Origin: Craspedostauros australis | Lineage: Eukaryota | DNA: 64,000 bases | Assembly: GCA_030167865.1 (NCBI GenBank) | Contig: JALAGF010001455.1 | Span: forward strand, 1-64,000 | Direction of reading: 5' to 3' | Shown: in pieces, positions 59,562-64,000 of the stretch | How the letters are laid out: each line of letters begins with the position of its first letter | Position numbering within the stretch: position 1 is the stretch's first letter | Position numbers and translations under genes: made by a program | The notes under the pieces: generated by a model | What the model was told of the DNA's origin: nothing | The model's input: only the letters and a program-made list of their open reading frames with translations | The model's database searches: none

Positions 59562-61005
59562 CTTTTCGTCGTTGCCGTTTGGTTTGAGTTGGAGTTATCT
59601 CCTCCTGCTCTCTGTCTCTGCGCATGTGCATGGCAGAGCGATAAAATGAGAATGCATCAGCACATTTCGCACATGATGACGAGGTTGAGGAATTGGCATT
59701 CCGATGGTCGCATCGGATCGCATCAGATCGAATGATTTGAATGCGGATTCAACCGATGTCGCAAATGCGATGGTGAATGCATGATGATGAAAAATGAACG
59801 ACGGCAACGGCCAGAGTAGGAAGAGAGGAAGATCAAATGGACCAGGATGACCAATGGCGGATTTTTGCAATGCGGAATCAAAGGCGACGGAGTGGGTTCA
59901 AACGCACGAGAAGAGATTTGTGAGAAAGGGGATGATGTAGTCGCATGAATAATGCACTCTGATATAGTGTTGAGGACTCCATGCAAAACGCACAGGGTTA
60001 TGGAGAGATAGGATTTGCAAGTGTGTTCCACATCGGTACGGATAGAGTGACGACGGCCAATGACGTGCAAAAATACGAAAATAAAGATCTTCTTCAATCT
60101 TTGTCTGAATTTGGCGACGACTATTGCTGCGCCATTCTCCCATTGTTCACCATCACACTCCCACAGCAGCAGCAGCGATCATTGAGCCAGAGTCAATGTC
60201 AACGCCAGTATCATCGCCAATGCACTGGCGAATGACCGTTTGGGGTGACTCGACATGACATGATCCCCCAATTGCCATGCGACCAACGCGTGACCTGCCA
60301 ATTCATGCAGGTTGATGCATTGATGAAGAGACGACGGATGACCCCTTGCCGTGAGAGTCCATTGCAGTGGCCAATTGCATCAACAGCAAAATCCATCGTC
60401 GGCGCGAGTTTCCGAAAACAAGATCCGAAGGGAATTCGCAGATCTCTGAAGATCGTCATCCGCAAAAGGGAACAGATTTCGCAGGTTTCACCATCCGCAC
60501 GATCACCAGTTGGATAACCACCAAGATGGTGACGCTCCATGGCAGGAGGCATAGAGCCAGGTATGGTATCGTATTGCCGACGACGCTGACGATGATGAGC
60601 ACTCACGTTTCCAAATCCAAGATTGTGAATGCACGTGCTTCAGAAGCATGGGTGTGGAACTGTGCTGTTTTTGTTGTTGTGGTTGTTTTCGGAGTGTGTT
60701 TGGTGGGTGGCTCGTTGGTTGGTTGGTTGGTTGGGTTGGTTGGTTGGCTGTTTCGTTGCTGGTCGGAAGCCGTCGCAGCCGCATACTTTTGGGCGCTCTT
60801 GTGTGTGTGGTGGCGGGAAATGCGTGACGTGCGAGGTCGCGAAGCGAGGTGCAAAGGATCTTGCGGAACTTTCGTTGTTTGCCTCTCGCCATCTATCGCG
60901 CATCGCTCATTCACGCTTCTACGCGTGTGGGTGCGTTGTTGTGTCGTTGTTGTTGAACTCAAATCGAGCTCGTCGTTTGTGTCCCACGAAATCGGACTCG
61001 GCAAA

Positions 61006-61095
61006 CGAATCTCTTTCATTACTATTCTTAATAGGTTTATGTGCTTTCATATTGAATCTTGGAAAAGCAAGAGATTCCCTCCAAATCCGAATCTT
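61006..61095. promoter_or_regulatory. Cluster of YGAATCTH phosphate-starvation-response (PSR-type Myb) motifs
   Basis: CGAATCTC 61006-61013, TGAATCTT 61053-61060 and CGAATCTT 61088-61095, plus a near-match GGAATCTC on the minus strand at 61071-61078. They lie in an AT-rich patch between two divergent lipid genes. Confidence 0.65.
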
Positions 61096-61798
61096 TGTGA
61101 TCGGTGAAGTCGTTTTCGTCATGTGGATCAAATTCAGTCACCAGCACATCGTCACACACAAAGGTTTATGATTGGCTGATTGCGAAGCAGGACGACTGTC
61201 CTTGGGTGCAAGTCATCATTGGAAAAGCAGTGAATTGCACCAATGACATCAACTGTTTTGAAAATTCAGAGTAGTCACATGAGTCACACGAGCAACCAAC
61301 AGCCGCCACGTCATGTTGAGCGCCAGCCATCACACATCAACACTCTTCTCCAATGCCAAAAGTAGTCAGACGCCACGAACGAGTCAAATGCCGAAGATCG
61401 ACAAACGCCGATCCAACGTCACGATGGTGATGGGGCAACCGACGTCCGGACCATCGAGAAGAAGGCAGGTGCAGAAACGGCGCCAACGCGAACCGAAGCC
61501 ACCTCTCCCCGCGCGTGTGTGTGCAAGAAGAACGCCGTGCTCGCAGCGACGATCCGGTCGGCCACACGTCCACATCGCAGCAATTCAGATCTTTGGTCAA
61601 ATCTCTTGCGCGGCAACCCATCAAAACTGACTTGTGCAGATCCATTCCGAACATAGCACAACAAAGTCCAATACTCTACTTTGCCTTCGTGCCACAATCA
61701 AGTCAACACCGATCCATCGACCCATCAATCGCCCCATTCGTCCCAACCACTGAGGCAACTGGAACAGAGCGCAGAGTGCACAGCACAAAACAGCAAAG

Positions 61799-63574
61799 AT
61801 GGCATCCAAGACAGGCGCCGGCAAGAAGGAGCTCGCCAACCTGTACAGCTTCGAGTCCATCTTCATCTCGAAGAAGGCGTACGAATATGTAGCATCCGAA
61901 TTCCATCCTTACCACAAGCATGAGCTCAACGTGCTCCTGCATGTCTTCACCACAGGATTCGGCCTTTGGGGTGCCTTCCAGCTGGCCGCCGAGCTCGATG
62001 CGGTCGCCGCCGTCTACGCTTACGCGGCCATCATTGCCCTCACGACTCCAGTCCCAACGGCATTGCTCCACACCGCCTTCGTCGCGGGATGCCTCCAGGT
62101 CCCCGTCTCGGCATTGGGACTGGCCTACGATCCCATCGTCACATGCGTCGGGGCCATCGCCGCTGGCTACGGTCTGCAGGACGTCGCCCACTACCTGTGC
62201 GATGAGAAGACCATGATGTCCTCGTACATCGGCACCAACCCAGCCATGCTCATCGTCCACACCCTCTGGCTCATGCCGCTGGTCATCGATTCCGTCCTCA
62301 TGCGTCACTTCTTCCTCCCGAAGATCGTCAACCGCAATCGCAACATTGTGTGCGACGTCGCCTCTCGCAAGGCCGTCGAGGATCTCCGCAACTTCATCAA
62401 CGAGAACGTGGAGGAGAAGCCGGAGACCACCCACCTGTGGCCGCATGACCACAAGGCCATCGACAAGGCCTCCACCGATTTGGAGAACGATGCCGGCGTC
62501 ATGGCGGGATTCCGCAAAATCTTCGCGCCGCAGCACTTCGACGTCAAGCCCGTCGTCGGCATGAACGAGATCTACGTCACCGCCGTGGGTGCCATCAAGG
62601 AGATCACCTCCGATGCGGTCTTCTACACACCGCACACCGACGGTCCCTACTGGTTCCTCCCAGGCGCATCTCTCTACCGCGTCCTGGTCGGCGTCACCCC
62701 CAACACCATGGTCCGCACCAATTTCAACCTGCAGCACGAGACCGAGAGTCAGATTCTGGACATGTACGGAGTGGTCGGATTCGATTACAACCGCGAGCTG
62801 CACTGGATCGACCACGTCCCAGGCGAGAAGAACAAGGAACGCCGATCGCTGCTCAAGCTGCATTACATCGTCTACCCCAAGGGATGGCACCGTTACGGCG
62901 CTCTCTGCGCCTATTTCAACACTTCCTACAACACGTGGGCCCGATCCAACTTTCTCCTCACCCTGCGCCCAAAGACCGCCTACGAAAACACAGTCGCTTG
63001 GTGGATCTGGATCACCACGTGGAGCAACTCCATGTTCGAGATGTACATCGGTTGGAGCAACGTCGTCTATCTGCTCGGATGCTTCGCCCTCGGACCAACT
63101 CCATTCCTGGTCCTCACATCCTTCCGTCACTACGCCGTCTACATCACCACCTTCGCCTACCGCAAGCCAGCCGTCGCGCACGGTTACCTCATGCGCGATG
63201 CCAAGTTCTTCAAGACCGTCGCCCTGATGCACCTGTCCCGTCGTCTGCTGCCACTCGTGGAGCTCCCATCCGACATTCCAGGCGTCCTCCTCGCCGCCAC
63301 AGGCTTCTCCATCACCATCCTTGCCACCGTCCGTCTGGGCATGGTCCGCACCTACTTCGGTTCGGAGCTCGACTTCGTCAAGCCAGAATGGATCAACGGA
63401 TTCCCGTACGGCACCATCCCACACCCCATGATCGTCGGCCAGCTCATCGCCTACAGCTCCATCCTCACGTGGTTCTGGGACAAGCTGACCACAGAGACCG
63501 TCGCTCTGATCGGTGCGCATATGTCGTGTTATGTCACCCACATGGTCCAGGAGATGCTCACCTCTAGCTACTAA
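61799..63574 (+). CDS. Uncharacterised multi-domain membrane enzyme: Mpo1/DUF962-like + HxD..H Fe(II)-dioxygenase-like + PEMT-like
   Basis: Intronless 591-aa ORF with strong codon bias. N-terminal FHPYHKHELNVLLH..GYGLQDVAHYLCDE; middle FYTPHTDGP..YRVLVG..FDYNRELHWI..RSLLKLHY; C-terminal RLGMVRTYFGSELD..GFPYGTIPHPMIVGQ. Confidence 0.85.
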   Translation: MASKTGAGKKELANLYSFESIFISKKAYEYVASEFHPYHKHELNVLLHVFTTGFGLWGAFQLAAELDAVAAVYAYAAIIALTTPVPTALLHTAFVAGCLQVPVSALGLAYDPIVTCVGAIAAGYGLQDVAHYLCDEKTMMSSYIGTNPAMLIVHTLWLMPLVIDSVLMRHFFLPKIVNRNRNIVCDVASRKAVEDLRNFINENVEEKPETTHLWPHDHKAIDKASTDLENDAGVMAGFRKIFAPQHFDVKPVVGMNEIYVTAVGAIKEITSDAVFYTPHTDGPYWFLPGASLYRVLVGVTPNTMVRTNFNLQHETESQILDMYGVVGFDYNRELHWIDHVPGEKNKERRSLLKLHYIVYPKGWHRYGALCAYFNTSYNTWARSNFLLTLRPKTAYENTVAWWIWITTWSNSMFEMYIGWSNVVYLLGCFALGPTPFLVLTSFRHYAVYITTFAYRKPAVAHGYLMRDAKFFKTVALMHLSRRLLPLVELPSDIPGVLLAATGFSITILATVRLGMVRTYFGSELDFVKPEWINGFPYGTIPHPMIVGQLIAYSSILTWFWDKLTTETVALIGAHMSCYVTHMVQEMLTSSY

Positions 63575-64000
63575 AGAGACAGATAGACAGACCGCAACGA
63601 ATTATATCAGAAAGCAGAGGGGTCTGACGCGTATTTGAGCGAGAGTGAAAGTCACTTTCATGTCAGGCCTTGTTGCTGATGTTATTGTTCCATCTTCTCC
63701 TTGCGAGTACGCGGACATCAGAAGACTCTTTGTCGCATTATTATTATCAGTATCCAAGAGACAAGCATTTAACAATTTAATCTATTTGAACATACCACAG
63801 AGTTGAGTGGGGCAGAGCAATTGATTGCTGAGGATGGTGCGTTACGGAGTGCTGTCCGAAGTAATGATTCTTGTGGTGTTCTCGCAGAACGAAGATTTCG
63901 AAAATGTTCCGCTCACTCGCAGAAATTGAGCGATGTGACCAACATGATGAACCCCAGGCAAGGATCGAACTCAAAAGCATCACACGACATCATAACCTTG

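Noticed and set aside
57321-59735. 804-aa + strand ORF antisense to the betaine-lipid synthase
   Set aside because: Mirror frame kept open by sense-strand codon bias (avoidance of TTA/CTA/TCA). It has no recognisable motifs and a typical shadow composition.
61703-63541. 612-aa - strand ORF antisense to the three-domain enzyme
   Set aside because: Same shadow-ORF effect; the + strand carries the motifs and the codon bias.

Overview
Gene-dense eukaryotic nuclear DNA with short GT-AG introns and many microsatellites. The gene content points to a diatom or related photosynthetic stramenopile; the species cannot be determined from the sequence. About 24 protein-coding genes can be supported: GGPP synthase, XRN1, OXA1, a sirtuin with a ZZ finger, RPN5, an F-box protein, a LarC-like protein, NIPSNAP, a FAM173-like methyltransferase, a selenocysteine glutathione peroxidase (split by the ORF track at its in-frame TGA), TOP3B, two tandem paralogues of an unknown family, a RING-CH E3, a bromo/PWWP protein, a fused Co-type nitrile hydratase, Pelota, dephospho-CoA kinase, a bestrophin with a very long repeat-bearing acidic tail, DPH7, an M48 peptidase, an ankyrin-PP2C, a BtaA-BtaB betaine-lipid synthase and a three-domain membrane enzyme. 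The strongest candidate for a new system is at 57.4-63.6 kb. There the betaine-lipid synthase, with its domains in reversed order, lies head-to-head with an uncharacterised Mpo1-like/Fe(II)-dioxygenase-like/PEMT-like fusion. Their shared intergenic region holds a tight cluster of YGAATCTH phosphate-starvation (PSR) motifs. This may be a P-starvation-induced betaine-lipid module, and the partner could be the unidentified enzyme that remodels the DGTS head group (e.g. to DGTA); that role is a hypothesis. All domain calls come from motif recognition by eye, not database searches. No rRNA, tRNA, CRISPR array or transposon was recognised.
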